In this document: piece by piece, positions 17,317-28,900 of the stretch
Position numbering within the stretch: the first letter of the stretch is position 1
How the letters are laid out: every line of letters begins with the position of its first letter
From: Thermoplasmata archaeon
Lineage (GTDB): Archaea; Thermoplasmatota; Thermoplasmata; Lutacidiplasmatales; UBA184
Length of the DNA: 64,000 nt
Direction: 5' to 3'
NCBI GenBank assembly: GCA_028864975.1
Contig: JAGWLG010000003.1
Coordinates: 1 to 64,000 of the forward strand
Notes under the pieces: generated by a model
What the model saw: the letters and a program-made list of their open reading frames with translations, nothing else
What the model was told of the DNA's origin: nothing
Databases searched by the model: none
Program-made: the position numbers and the translations under genes

Positions 17317-18498
17317 CTAGTTCTCCCGCCCGTAGATCATGAGCGAATGGACGTTGGCGCTGCCGGAGAGGTTGTGGACGAGCGCGAGCTCCGCCCCCGG
17401 GACCTGGCGGGCGGGCGGGGCCGAGCCCTGGAGCTGCTGGAAGACCTCGACCGCCTGGGCGACCCCCGTCGCCCCCAACGGATGGCCGCATCCCAGGAGC
17501 CCGCCGCGCGGGTTCACGACGACCTTCCCTCCCAGGTCGCTCTGCCCTTCCTGGACGAACGTGCCTCCCTCCCCCTTGGCGCAGAAGCCGATCTCCTCGT
17601 ACTCGATGATCTCGCTGATCGTGAAGCAGTCGTGGACCTCCGCGAGGTCGAGGTCCTGGGGGGCGAGCTTCGCGCTGCGGAAGGCCTCCTGCGCGGCCGC
17701 CTTGAGCCCCGGCCAGGTCGAGAGGGACCCTGCTCCCGAGAGATTGTGGAACGAGCTGTGCTGGCCCGTGCCTCGGATCCAGACCGGGGTGTCCGTGTAC
17801 TTCCGGGCGAGCTCCTCGGCGACCAGGAGGACCCCCGCGGCCCCGTCGGTCATCGAGGAGCAGTCCCCCAGGCGGAGCGGGGGGGCGACCATCGGGAGCT
17901 TGAGCAGCTTGTCGCGAGAGAACTGCTTCGAATAGAACTGGGCCGAGGGATTGGTATTGGCGAACCGGTGGTTCTTCTCGGAGACCATCGCCATCTGTTC
18001 GGCGGTGGTCCCGTACTCGAGCATGTGGCGCTGGGCGCACATCGCGAAGAAGGGGGGTGCGGTCGCGCCGTGCACCCCGTCCCAAGCCCGGTCCAGGACG
18101 TTCGCCATCGAGGTGTTCGCCTCGGCCATCGAGGGGAGGTTCATCTTCTCGACCCCGACCACGGCGGCGACGTCGGAGAGGCCGGCCGAGATGGCTGCGT
18201 AGGCGCTGCGGATCGCCGATTGCCCGCTCGCGCAGGCGAGCTCGGTCCGCTGCAGGATCTTCCAAGGCTCGAACCCCAGGAGCTCGGCGGCCAGGGGGGC
18301 CACGTGGGACTGGAAGGCCAGCCGCTCAGGCTGGGCCGCCCCGACGAACAGACTGTCCACGTCCTTCGAGGAGAAGTTGCGGATGTTCCCGAAGGCCGCG
18401 TGGCCCGCCTCCTGGACGAGCTCGCTCCAGGTCGCGGAACGGACCCCGAAGGAGGAAAGCCCCCCTGCGACGACCGCGACACGGCGGGTCGCGCTCAC
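17317..18498 (-). CDS. Archaeal/SCP-x-type thiolase (acetyl-CoA acetyltransferase family)
   Basis: ELACASG, AEVHDCFTISE, NPRGGLLGCGHPLGATG, HNLSG. The GTG start overlaps the leuB-like stop (GTGA). Confidence 0.9.
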   Translation of the reverse strand: MSATRRVAVVAGGLSSFGVRSATWSELVQEAGHAAFGNIRNFSSKDVDSLFVGAAQPERLAFQSHVAPLAAELLGFEPWKILQRTELACASGQSAIRSAYAAISAGLSDVAAVVGVEKMNLPSMAEANTSMANVLDRAWDGVHGATAPPFFAMCAQRHMLEYGTTAEQMAMVSEKNHRFANTNPSAQFYSKQFSRDKLLKLPMVAPPLRLGDCSSMTDGAAGVLLVAEELARKYTDTPVWIRGTGQHSSFHNLSGAGSLSTWPGLKAAAQEAFRSAKLAPQDLDLAEVHDCFTISEIIEYEEIGFCAKGEGGTFVQEGQSDLGGKVVVNPRGGLLGCGHPLGATGVAQAVEVFQQLQGSAPPARQVPGAELALVHNLSGSANVHSLMIYGREN

Positions 18499-19664
18499 GC
18501 CGCCACCTCTCGGGCCGAGGGCGAAGCCGCGGGCTTGGAGGAGCGAACGGCCTCGGCGACACGATCGCCGGCCTGGCTCGTGGTGACGTTCCCGCCCTGG
18601 TCGTAGGTCATGGCCGTCCCCTCGGCGAGCACGCGTTCGATGGCGGCATGGAGGCGTCCCTCCAGCTCCAGGAGCGAGGGGTCGTGGTAACGGTCCCCGA
18701 GCCACCCCAGCATCATCGCCACGGCTTCGAAGGTCGCGAAGGGGTTGACCTGGTTCTTCCCCGCGTACTTGGGCGCGGAGCCATGCACCGGTTCGAACAT
18801 CGCGTGCTCGTCCCCGATGTTTCCGCCGGCCGCGAAGCCCATCCCCCCCTGGAGCGCTGCGGCGAGGTCGGTCACGATGTCCCCCATCATGTTGGTGGCC
18901 ACCGCGACGTGGTAGTGCTCGGGCTGGCGGATGAGCCACTGCGTGAAGGCGTCCACGTAGGCGTAGTCGCGCTCGATCTCGGGGAACTCTTCCCGTCCGA
19001 TCCGGTCGAAGGTCGCGCGGAAGAACTGGCAGCCCTTGAGGACGTTCGACTTGTCGATGCAGGTGACGCGCCGCACACCGTCCTCAGGGGCCCCCTTGGG
19101 CGTGGCCCGCGCCTTCTCGAAGGCCCGGCGGATGATCCGCTCCGAACCCTTCTGCGTGATGATCCGGGTGTCCAGGACGACCTCGGTCGCACCTCCCCTC
19201 GAGAGCTCCCCGTGCGCCGGGGAGTAGAGCCCTTCGGTGTTCTCGCGGAAGATCGTCATGTCGACGTTCTCAGGGCGCCAGACCTGCTTGAACTCCTTGC
19301 CGATGCGGTGGAGGACCCCCGCGTGGAGCTTGCAGGGACGGACGTTCGCGTAGAGGTCGAGGCCGAACCGCATGCCGAGCACCAGCCCGTGCCCCGCGAT
19401 GTTCCCATCCGGGAGACTGACCCCGGGCCACCCGACGGCGCCCAGCAGGATCGCGTCGGCCTTGGTCGCCCGTTCTCGGCCCCCCGGCTCCCACTCGCTC
19501 CCGTGCTTCTGGTAGTACTGAGCGCCTCCCTGGACCTCGGTCAGGTGGAGCCGCGGAGAGCTGTTCTCCATCAGCGCCTCGAGGACCTTGCGCCCCTCGT
19601 GGACCACCTCGGGACCGGTGCCATCCCCCGGCAGGAGGACGACGTCATAGGCGCCCTTCGTCAC
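18495..19664 (-). CDS. leuB: Isocitrate/isopropylmalate/tartrate dehydrogenase family protein
   Basis: LPGDGTGPEV, RENTEGLY, DKSNVL, NMMGDIVTDL, FEPVHGSAP. The GAVGWP segment resembles tartrate/D-malate dehydrogenases, so the substrate is uncertain. Confidence 0.8.
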   Translation of the reverse strand: MTKGAYDVVLLPGDGTGPEVVHEGRKVLEALMENSSPRLHLTEVQGGAQYYQKHGSEWEPGGRERATKADAILLGAVGWPGVSLPDGNIAGHGLVLGMRFGLDLYANVRPCKLHAGVLHRIGKEFKQVWRPENVDMTIFRENTEGLYSPAHGELSRGGATEVVLDTRIITQKGSERIIRRAFEKARATPKGAPEDGVRRVTCIDKSNVLKGCQFFRATFDRIGREEFPEIERDYAYVDAFTQWLIRQPEHYHVAVATNMMGDIVTDLAAALQGGMGFAAGGNIGDEHAMFEPVHGSAPKYAGKNQVNPFATFEAVAMMLGWLGDRYHDPSLLELEGRLHAAIERVLAEGTAMTYDQGGNVTTSQAGDRVAEAVRSSKPAASPSAREVAA

Positions 19665-20176
19665 GTCCTCGCCTCGGCCCGCTGGAGCTCCTGTCGGACC
19701 TTCTCGACGAGACCGCCTTGCTCCAGAAGGTCCATGAGATGGGCCGGCAGGGGAGGGAAACGGACCTCCTTCCCTGTCGTGACGTTGACCACGCGCCCCT
19801 CCTTGAACAGGATACGGCAGGTGTCGCCGGGGCGGAAGATCTCCCGTACTCCTGGGGCCTCGATCGTGGGCATGCCTAGGTTGATCGAGTTCCGGAAGAA
19901 GATGCGGGCGAACGAGTTCGCGACCACCGCCCCGAGCGGGATCGCCTTGAGCGCGGCGGGAGCGTGCTCGCGAGAGGAGCCGCACCCCATGTTCTCTCCC
20001 GCGACCAGGATGTCCCCCGGCTTCGCTTGTTGGGAGAAGGTCGGGTCGACGTTCTCCAGGACGTGCTTGCGGAGCTCGGCAGGGTCGATGATCGTGAGGT
20101 ACTTGCCGGCGATGAGCTGGTCCGTGTCGAGCTCGTCCCCGACGCACCAGACCCTTCCTTCGATCGTGTCCTGCAT
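19661..20176 (-). CDS. leuD: 3-isopropylmalate/homoaconitate dehydratase small subunit
   Basis: GDELDTDQLIAGKYL, GENMGCGSSREHAP, SFARIFFRNSINLG. Confidence 0.9.
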   Translation of the reverse strand: MQDTIEGRVWCVGDELDTDQLIAGKYLTIIDPAELRKHVLENVDPTFSQQAKPGDILVAGENMGCGSSREHAPAALKAIPLGAVVANSFARIFFRNSINLGMPTIEAPGVREIFRPGDTCRILFKEGRVVNVTTGKEVRFPPLPAHLMDLLEQGGLVEKVRQELQRAEART

Positions 20177-21498
20177 CAGAGGACCTCCCGAGGGTCCGAG
20201 ATCTCCCCTCGGATCGCGGTCAGCGCCACCGCTGCGGGGGACATGAGGTAGATGCGGGCCTCCTTGGCCCCCATCCTGCCGGGGAAGTTGCGGTTGGAGC
20301 TCGACGCGCAGGCCTCGTCGGGGGCCAGGATGCCCATGTTCCCCCCGAAACAGGCGGAGCAGGAGGAGTTCGTGAAGACCGCGCCCCCGTCCGTGAAGAG
20401 CTCGATCAGGCCCTCCTTGAGGCACTGCTTGTAGATGCTCGTGGAGGCGGGCGAGACGATGAAACGGACCCCGGGGGCGACCTTCTCCCCCTTGAAGATC
20501 CGAGCGGCCTCCCGAAGGTCGTCCATCCGCGCGTTCGTGCAGGAACCCAGGAAGACCTGTCCGACCTTGACGTGCTCCTTCACGAGCTCGCCGATGGGGC
20601 GGACGTTGTCGGGAGAGTAGGGGCAGGCCACCTGTGGCTCCATCCCGTCGACGTCGATCTCGACGGTGCGCTCGTACGAGGCGTCCTTGTCCGGAGTGAG
20701 CGGATGCATCGCGTGCTTGGCGATGGGCTTGAGGTAGTCGAAGGTCTTCTCGTCGGGCGGGACCATCCCCGCTTTGGCCCCCATCTCTGTCGTCATGTTG
20801 CAGATGGTGAAGCGCTCCGACATCGAGAGGTTCGAGATGGTGGGGCCGGTGTACTCGACCGCCTTGTAGCGCGCGCCATCGACCTTGATCTCTCCGCAGA
20901 TCCGTAGGACGAGGTCCTTCGCATAGACGCCCCTGGCGAGATGGCCCTTGGCCTTCACCTGGATCGTCGTAGGGACCTTGAGCCAGATCTTCCCCAGGGC
21001 GAGGACCGCGGCGTACTCCGTCGGTCCGATCCCGACAGCGAAGGCTCCCATGGCCCCCAGCATGTTCGTGTGGGAGTCCGTCCCGACCGCAAGGTCGCCC
21101 GGGACGACCCACCCGTGCTCGGCCAGGATCTGGTGGCAGATCCCGTGGTTCCCCACGTCGTAGAAGTGCTTGAGCCCCTGCTCGGCGGCGAAGTGGCGCA
21201 GGATCTGGTGGAGCTTCGCGGCCCCTTCGGTGGACGCCGGGACCCAGTGGTCAATGGCCACGACGACCCGGTCCACGTCCCACACCCGCTTCGCTTCCAT
21301 CTGGTGGAAGGGCAGGACGGCCTGGGCCCCCTGTTCGTGGCACATCGCGAGGTCCACTCTCCCGTCCACGATCTGCCCGGGGACCACGTGCTCGAGCCCC
21401 GAAGCCCGCTCGAGGATCTTCTGGGAGAGGGTCTGCCCGCCGCCGGAAGGCGAACGGGCCTCTCTTGAGGAGGCACGAGGAGCGGCCATCGCGCTCAT
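20176..21498 (-). CDS. leuC: 3-isopropylmalate/homoaconitate dehydratase large subunit
   Basis: GTDSHT, FLGSCTNAR, CSACFG (4Fe-4S ligands), SSNRNFPGRMG. Confidence 0.92.
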   Translation of the reverse strand: MSAMAAPRASSREARSPSGGGQTLSQKILERASGLEHVVPGQIVDGRVDLAMCHEQGAQAVLPFHQMEAKRVWDVDRVVVAIDHWVPASTEGAAKLHQILRHFAAEQGLKHFYDVGNHGICHQILAEHGWVVPGDLAVGTDSHTNMLGAMGAFAVGIGPTEYAAVLALGKIWLKVPTTIQVKAKGHLARGVYAKDLVLRICGEIKVDGARYKAVEYTGPTISNLSMSERFTICNMTTEMGAKAGMVPPDEKTFDYLKPIAKHAMHPLTPDKDASYERTVEIDVDGMEPQVACPYSPDNVRPIGELVKEHVKVGQVFLGSCTNARMDDLREAARIFKGEKVAPGVRFIVSPASTSIYKQCLKEGLIELFTDGGAVFTNSSCSACFGGNMGILAPDEACASSSNRNFPGRMGAKEARIYLMSPAAVALTAIRGEISDPREVL

Positions 21499-22832
21499 GC
21501 TCGCTCCTTGCGAATCTTCGAAGCTCGCGAGACGGTGGCTGCGGGGTTCCTGGGCGCGCTCCGCAGGGGTTCCCCCCCCTCGAACGGGATCCCAAGGCCC
21601 TTCACGATCTCCCAGAACTCATCATCGTGGATTCCCGGGTTCACGAACTGCTCCCGATAGCGATGCACGAGGGCGCGCACATCGTCCTTGCCGCGCCTCT
21701 CGGTGACGGACTTGATCTTCGCCAGGAGCAGGGACACCTGGTCCTCGCTCGCGTTCGCGTTCCGCTCCTTGAGCTTCTCGACGAGCGCCGCCTTCCCTGT
21801 GTGCTTCCCGAGGACGAAGAGCCGGTGGCGACCTATGACCTCAGGCTGCAGCGGTTCGTAGGTGAGCGTGTGGCGAAGGACGCCGTGCGAGTGGATCCCG
21901 GCCTCGTGCGCGAAGGAGTTGTACCCGACGAGCGCCTTGTTCGGCGGGAGCGGGACCCCGGCGAGCTCCTCCACGAGCTGGGAGAGCTCGTAGAGCCGCT
22001 CCGTCTTGATGCCCGTCCTCACGCCGTAGAGGGTCTCGAGGTCCATGACCAGCTCCTCGAACGCGGTGTTCCCCGCGCGCTCGCCCAGACCGTTGACGCA
22101 GGTGTGGGGGGCGGTGACCCCCTCCTCGAGCGCGGTCAGGGTGTTCGCGACGGCGAGGCCCAGGTCGTTGTGGCAGTGGACAGACCAGTCCCTGGGCCGC
22201 ACTCTTCGGTAGAACTCCCGGAGGAACCAACGGAACGAGAGCGGGGTCATGATCCCCACGGTGTCGCTCACGACCAGGCGGTCCGCGCCCGCCTCGGTCG
22301 TCGCTTTGTAGAGGCGCTCGACGAAGTCGAGGGGCGCCCGGACCGTGTCCTCCGTCACGAACGCGACGTGCAGCCCGGCCTCGTGGGCGCGCCGCACGCA
22401 TTCCACCGAAGCCTTCACGACCTCGTCCTGCGACATCCGCAGCTTGTACTGAAGGTGGACGTTCGAAGCGGCGACGAAGATGGCGATGTGAGAGGCCCCG
22501 CTGTTGATCACCGCCTCGACGTCGCCGAGAACGGTCCTACCGGCCGCTAGGACCTTCGCCTTGAGCCCCGCGTGGGCGACCGCCGAGACCGTCTTGGCCT
22601 CGTCGGGGCTGACGACGGGGATGCCGGCGTTGATGACCGAGACCCCCATGTCGGAGAGGAGCTCGGCGATCCGGAGCTTCTCGTCGGTCGAGAAGTGGAC
22701 CCCCGGCATCTGCTCGCCGTCGCGCAGCGTCTCATCCCAGAACACGATCTTCGAGGGGATGTGCCGTTCGGCAGCCGTGCGGTCGTGGTAGTTCTCGACG
22801 AGGGCGGTGGGCGGCGGGGAGGGTCCGGACAT
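21495..22832 (-). CDS. leuA: DRE-TIM synthase (isopropylmalate/citramalate/homocitrate synthase family) without C-terminal regulatory domain
   Basis: DETLRDGEQ, HCHNDLGLA, NGLGERAGN, HEAGIH. About 445 aa, ending soon after GKHTG. Start chosen about 30 nt downstream of TATA-like CTATAAT. Confidence 0.8.
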   Translation of the reverse strand: MSGPSPPPTALVENYHDRTAAERHIPSKIVFWDETLRDGEQMPGVHFSTDEKLRIAELLSDMGVSVINAGIPVVSPDEAKTVSAVAHAGLKAKVLAAGRTVLGDVEAVINSGASHIAIFVAASNVHLQYKLRMSQDEVVKASVECVRRAHEAGLHVAFVTEDTVRAPLDFVERLYKATTEAGADRLVVSDTVGIMTPLSFRWFLREFYRRVRPRDWSVHCHNDLGLAVANTLTALEEGVTAPHTCVNGLGERAGNTAFEELVMDLETLYGVRTGIKTERLYELSQLVEELAGVPLPPNKALVGYNSFAHEAGIHSHGVLRHTLTYEPLQPEVIGRHRLFVLGKHTGKAALVEKLKERNANASEDQVSLLLAKIKSVTERRGKDDVRALVHRYREQFVNPGIHDDEFWEIVKGLGIPFEGGEPLRSAPRNPAATVSRASKIRKERA

Positions 22833-22986
22833 CCTCTCGGTCGCCCGGAACGCGGGGACCATTATAGCATAGCACGACGGACGTTGTCACTCGTTCGGGC
22901 CCCCGACGAATGCGACCCTCCCCCGTGTCCACTTTGACCACTGGCGGTCGGTGGCGAGGTAACGCCCCTGAGGACGCGAGGAGGTG

Positions 22987-25900
22987 CTATTCGTCCTGAG
23001 GTGGCGCCGGTTCCTGGGAATCGGTGCCTTCGCCGGGTTCGGAGGAGGGCGGAGAGCTGTCATCCTCGCCCTCCGTCCCTTCCTGCGCGGGGTCCGATGC
23101 CGAAGGACCGCCCCCCTCCGAGGATTCCTCTGAGGGAGCGGGGGCCGCCGTCTCCGCCTCCGCCTGCGGGTCTTCCCCCTCGTGCCACTCCTGAGATGGT
23201 GCGGGCGCCTGCGACTCGTCACCTTCTGAGGCCTCCTCTGCGACGACCACTCCTCCGGCCCCCCCGGCCTCCGCTCCCGCCTCCTCGGCGTTCAAGGACG
23301 GACCTTCGTGCTCGATCTCGACAGGCCCCTCCTCCTCGGGGCTGGGGGTGGTCTCGCCCTTCGCGGCGCGCAGCCGTGCGGCCCCCACGAGCTCCGCGAG
23401 GCTCTCCTCTGGCTCGTCCCACTGCAGAGGTGTGCGGGGGCGGGGGCGATGACGTCGGACGAGCAGACCGACCAGGATGATCCCGAGGAGGAGGACCAGA
23501 AGCAGAAGCAAGAGCGACCAGAGCGGGATCTCAGCGTTGAGGCCCGAGCCCTGGGCGACCTTTGTCGTGCTGCTGACCGCGGTCAGGGAGATCGACAGCG
23601 TGACCCCCTGCCCCTGGGCGACCGTCACGTTGGACGAGTAGGCGCTGTACCCGGCTTCCCAGGCATGAACGAAGTGCTTCCCCGCGGTGAGCGACAGGTT
23701 GAACGACCCCGAGACGAGAGCGACCGGGCTGCCGTCGACCCAGAGGCCCGCGGAGGAGGGAGAGAGGCTGCCCGCGATCCATGCGGGAGAGGGAGCGACG
23801 ACGGGGGTGAGGACGATCGCGATACGGACCCCTTGGCCGTTCTCGACGGTCAAGTTTGCCGAGTAGGCCTCATAACCGGTGAGCCACGCCTCGACCCAGT
23901 GGGTCCCGGCGGCGACGGTGGCGTTGAACCCACCGGCGGAGACCGAGGTCGCCCGGCCGTCGATGTACACGTTCGCCCCGGTGGGGGTTACGGACCCGGC
24001 GATCCAGGGCGAGGGGGGAACGACGGGAGCGACCACCACGACAGTGAGGTTCTCCAGGGAGCTCGCGCCCGCGGTGTCGTTGACCCAGACGCGGGCCGTG
24101 TACGTTCCCGCCGTCGCGTAGGCGTGACCGACGGTCGCCCCGGAGCCGCGAGAGCCGTCCCCGAAGGTCCAGTTCACCGTGGCCGACCCCGTCCCACCGG
24201 AGGTGAGGGCGAAGAAGGTCGTAGAGACGCCCACAACGACCGACGAGGGGACCGCGCTCGCGCTGACCGAGAGCGCGGGATGGACCACGAGGAGGAGGCT
24301 CCCCGACGGCACGACGAACCCGTTCGCGTCCGTTGCTGAGACCGCGACCAAGAACTCTCCCGCGGCGGTGAGGGCACAGGCCACCGACGAAGTGGTGGAC
24401 GCACACCCGCTGGGGAGGCCGGTCCAGAGGTAGGTGTAGGAGGACGCGTTGCCTCCCGAGGCCACGGTGCGGACCGTGACCGAGGACCCTACGTCGAGGA
24501 GGGACGGGGAGGCGACCGGTGTCAGCACCGTGGGGTCGGCGAGGACTGTGTAGCTCGCGGAGGAGGCGGAACCCCAGCCTCCGTTCGAGTCCTTCACGGC
24601 GACCCTCACCGTGTAGATCCCGGCGACGGAGGCCGTGCAGGCGACGCTGCGGGAGGAGCCGCCGGGACAGAATAGGCCGGGGGCCGAGACCGACCACGAG
24701 AACAGGTCCCCGCCACTGCCGCTCTGGACCACGGTCGTCGTGAAGGTCGCGCTCTGCCCCACGTCGATCCCTCCGGTGCCCGGGCTCGCCGAGGGGGCGG
24801 CAACCGCGGGGTCCGGGAAGGCGGTGTAGACAAGGCCCAGCGCCGGGGAGGCCGAGATGCCGTTCGAGTCGGTCACAGAGACCGTGATCGTCCCGGAGTA
24901 GAGCGAAGCGAACGTACAGGTGACGAACGCGCTGGAGGTACCCGTACACCCGCTCGAGGGCAGGCCGGACCACACGTAGGAGAGGCCACCGCTGCCGCCC
25001 GAGACCACGACCGAGAACGCCGCGCTCTGACCCACGTCGGCCGAGGTGCGGTTGGCGGTGGGGGACGCGACGGAGGGGTCGGCGAAAACCGTGAGCCCGA
25101 CCGCGCCTAGGGACCCCGCGGTCCAACCCACGGCATCGGTCACTCGGAGAGAGATCAGAAGGGCACCCACGTCCGCGGCGGCGAGGGTGCAGGTCACGGA
25201 GGGAGTGGCGGTTCCGGTGCAGGAGGCGGGAAGTCCGCTCCATCCGTATGTGGCGTAGGGGGTCGTGCCTTGGAGCGGAGCGACGGTGAACACCACGCTC
25301 TGCCCGACGTCCCCCGACGGTGAGGAGGAAGTGGGGATCGGGACCAACAGCGGCGAGTTGACGGTGAACGCGACCGGCGCACTCGTGGCCGAGGCCCCGT
25401 TCGAGTCCGTCGCGCTCGCGCTCGCGGTGAACGTCCCGGGGGAGGTCGGAACGCAGGTTACCGAGCTCCCGGAACCCGAGCAGCCGCTGGGGAGCCCCGA
25501 CCAGGTGTACGCGCTCAGGCTCCCGCTTCCCGGGGAGGAGACGCCGGTCGAGAGGACCAGGGTCTCTCCGAGATCGGCCACCGTGGCCGCGGTACCGTTC
25601 ACGGTAAGGGAAGTGGGGAGCAGGGCCGGGTCGGCGTAGACGGTGAGCTGGACACTGGGCGAGACCACGACCCAGCCTTCGGCGTCCGTCGCCTGGACGG
25701 ACACCGTGAGTGTCCCGATATCGGAGGAGGCGGGGACGCAAAAGGGGGCGCTGGTGTACGCCGTCCCGAAGCAGTTCCAGGGCGAGGGGAGGTTCGCCCA
25801 GGTGAAGTTCGCGTAGACCCCCGAGCCTCCGGCGAGCGAGAGCCACCAGGTCACGTATTGCCCCACGTCGACCGTGGCGGGATACTGGAACGGGGTCGCG

Positions 25901-28900
25901 ACCGTAGGGTCGACGAAGATCGTGAGCTCCGCGACCGGACTTGTGGCCACGACGCCGTTCGAGTCTGACACGCTCACCGAGACGTTGAAGTGCCCCGCGG
26001 CCGACGCGGCACAGCTGACCGCGGCTACCGAGCCCGCGCAACCGGTAGGGAGGCCCGTCCAGACGAACGTCGCGACGCCTCCGCTCCCGGGGGCGCCCAC
26101 GGAGGTCGAAAGGACCAGCGCCTGCCCGACGTCGGCCTGGAAGGACGCGGTGCCGTTCACGGTGGACGTGGGCACCGTCAGGGACGGGTCAGCGTAGACC
26201 GTATAGGACGCCGACGTGGCGACGGAGGAGGAGACCCCGTTGGAGTCAGCGACCGAGACGGCGACCGTGTAGGAGGTCCCCCCGGCCGTCGGAGCGCAGA
26301 CCACGGACGGTGCGTTGACGAGCGTGCATCCCAGCCCGGCCGGCGACGTGCTCCAGGTGTAGGTGGTGTAGGTGCCTGTCCCCATCGTCGCCGTGGTCGT
26401 GAAGGTCACCGTCTGGCCAACATCGGCGGAAGCAACGCTGGCGAGGGGGGTGGAGGCCGAGGGGTCGGCGAAGACCGTGAAGGTGGACGACGTCGCGGCG
26501 GCCGAGGTCGCACCGTTCGAGTCCGAGACGGACACGGCGACAGTGTAGCTGCCGGCCACCGTGGGGGTACACGAGATCGACACCGCGTTCGCCACGGTAC
26601 ATCCCAGGTTGGCGGACGAGGGGGTCCAGGTGTAAACGTCGCCACCGCTCCCACCGCTCGCGAGGGTGGAGAAGGTCGCCGACTGAGAGAGGTCGACCGA
26701 GGCCACGTTCGGGGTCGGGGTGGAAACCGAGGGGTCCGAGAAGACCGTGTAGCTCGCTGAAGTGGCTGCGGGAGACGTCACGCCGCCCGAGTCGGTGACG
26801 GTCACGGTCACCGTGTAGGAGGTACCGGGGGCCCCCGGCGCGCAGGTGATGCTCGCGGAGTTCGCGAGCACGCAGTCGAGGTTCACCGAGGACTCGGTCC
26901 AGGTGTAGGTCGCGTAGCTGCCCGTGCCCGCGCTCGCCGTGGTGCTGAAGGTGAACGTCTGCCCCACATCCACGTTCGGCAGGCTGGGCGAGGGGACGGA
27001 GACGAGCGGCCCGGAGCTCACCGAGAAGCTCGCTGAGGTCGCGGACGGGGAGGCGGCCCCGTTCGTATCGGTCACGCTCACCGTGACCGTGTAGGTGCTC
27101 CCGGTCGCCGTGGGCACGCAGTTGATCGATGCGCCGCTTCCCAGCGTGCAACCGAGGTTGGTCGAGGACTCCGTCCACGTGTAGGAGGTGTACCCTCCCG
27201 TTCCCCCTGAGGCGGAGGTGCTGAAGGTCACCGCTTGCCCCACGTCCGCGGCAGGGAAGCTGGGCGAAGGGACGGCGACCGAGGGGTCGACGAAGACCGT
27301 GTAGCTGCCCGACGGTGCGGCAGCGGAGGTGAACCCGTCAGAATCCGTGACCGAGACCGACACGGTGTAGGTGGTCCCTGCCACGGTTGGGGTACAGCTG
27401 ATCGAGGGGGCGTTGGCGAGTGTGCAGCCCAGGTTCGCCGAAGAGTCGGACCAGGTGTAGGTGGGGTACGGCGCGAGACCTCCTGCGGCCGTGGTGCTGA
27501 ACGTGACGGACTGGGTGAGGTCGACCGTGGCCGAGCTTGGGGAGGGGGTGGTCAAGGAAGGATCTGCGTAGACCGTGTAGGTCGCGGAGATGGCGGAGGA
27601 GGAGGTCGCTCCGTTCGAATCGGTGACCGCGACCGCGACCGCGTAGCTGGTGGAAGGCGTGGTCGGTACGCAAACCACGGTCGCGGCGCTCACGAGCGTA
27701 CAGCCGAGACCCGGAGCGGACTCCGTCCACGCGAAGGTGGTGTAGGTCCCCGTACCGCCGCCCGCGGAGGTGGAGAACGTCAGCGATTGCCCGACGTCGA
27801 CGGTCGCGAGGTTCGGGGAGGGGACGGTCGCTGTCGGGTCCACGTAGACGATGAACGAGAGCAAGGTGGCGCTCGGGGAGGTGTAGCTGTTCGAGTCCGT
27901 GACCGAGACCGAGACGGTGTAGGAGCCTGCGGCGGTCGGCGTGCACGTGATTGAAGAGGACGAGCCCAGGGCGCAGCCCAGGTTGGCCGAGCTCTGGCTC
28001 CACGAGAAGCTGTTGCCGCCGCTGCCCCCGCTGGCTACCGTCGTGAAGGTGAAGGCCGGTTGCCCCAGGTCCCACGAGGGGACGGAGGACGAGGGGCCGG
28101 AGACCGAGGGGTCGGTGTCCACCGTGTACGATAGGGCGCTGCTCGTGAGAGTGAAGCCGTTCGAGTCCGTGACGCTGACCTTCACGGAGGGGAAGTTCCC
28201 GCTCGCCGAAGGGGTGCAGGAGAGGGCGAGCGTGCTCGCGGAGATGCAGCCCGACGGTAGGCCGGACCAGGCGTAGGTGTTGCCTCCCGACCCCAGGGTC
28301 GAGGTCGAAGAGAGGACGACGGTCTGTCCGACATCGATCCCCGCGGACCCCGGGGCCCCTGAGGGAGTGACGATCGTGGGGTCCGCGTAGACCGTGAGAG
28401 AGGCCGAGGTGGCGCTTCCCGAGATGACGCCGTTGGAGTCCGTGACGTCGACGCTCACCGTGTAGGAACCGACGATGGTGGGCGTGCAGGAGATCGAGGA
28501 GGCGGACCCCAGCGTGCAGCCCAGTCCTGCTCCGGACTGCGTCCACGTGAAGGCGTTCCCCCCACTTCCGCCGGTCGCGCTCGTCGCGAAGGAGAAGGCC
28601 GGTTGGCCCAGGTCCCACGAGGGGACGGAGGAGGAGGGGACGGAGACCACGGGGTCGCTGTCGACGGCGAAGGAGAGGGCCGAGCTGGGGACCGAGACCC
28701 CGTTCGAATCGGTCACGGTGACGGTGATCGAGGAGAACGTGCCGGCCGCGGAAGGCGTGCAGGCGAGCGCGTTGGTGCTAGAAGAGAAGCACCCGGTCGG
28801 GAGTCCGCTCCAGGCGTAGGTGTTCCCGCCCGAACCGAGCGTCGAGGTCGTGGAGAAGGTGAGCGTCTGTCCGACGTCCACCGAAGGCGTGCTTGCCGTG

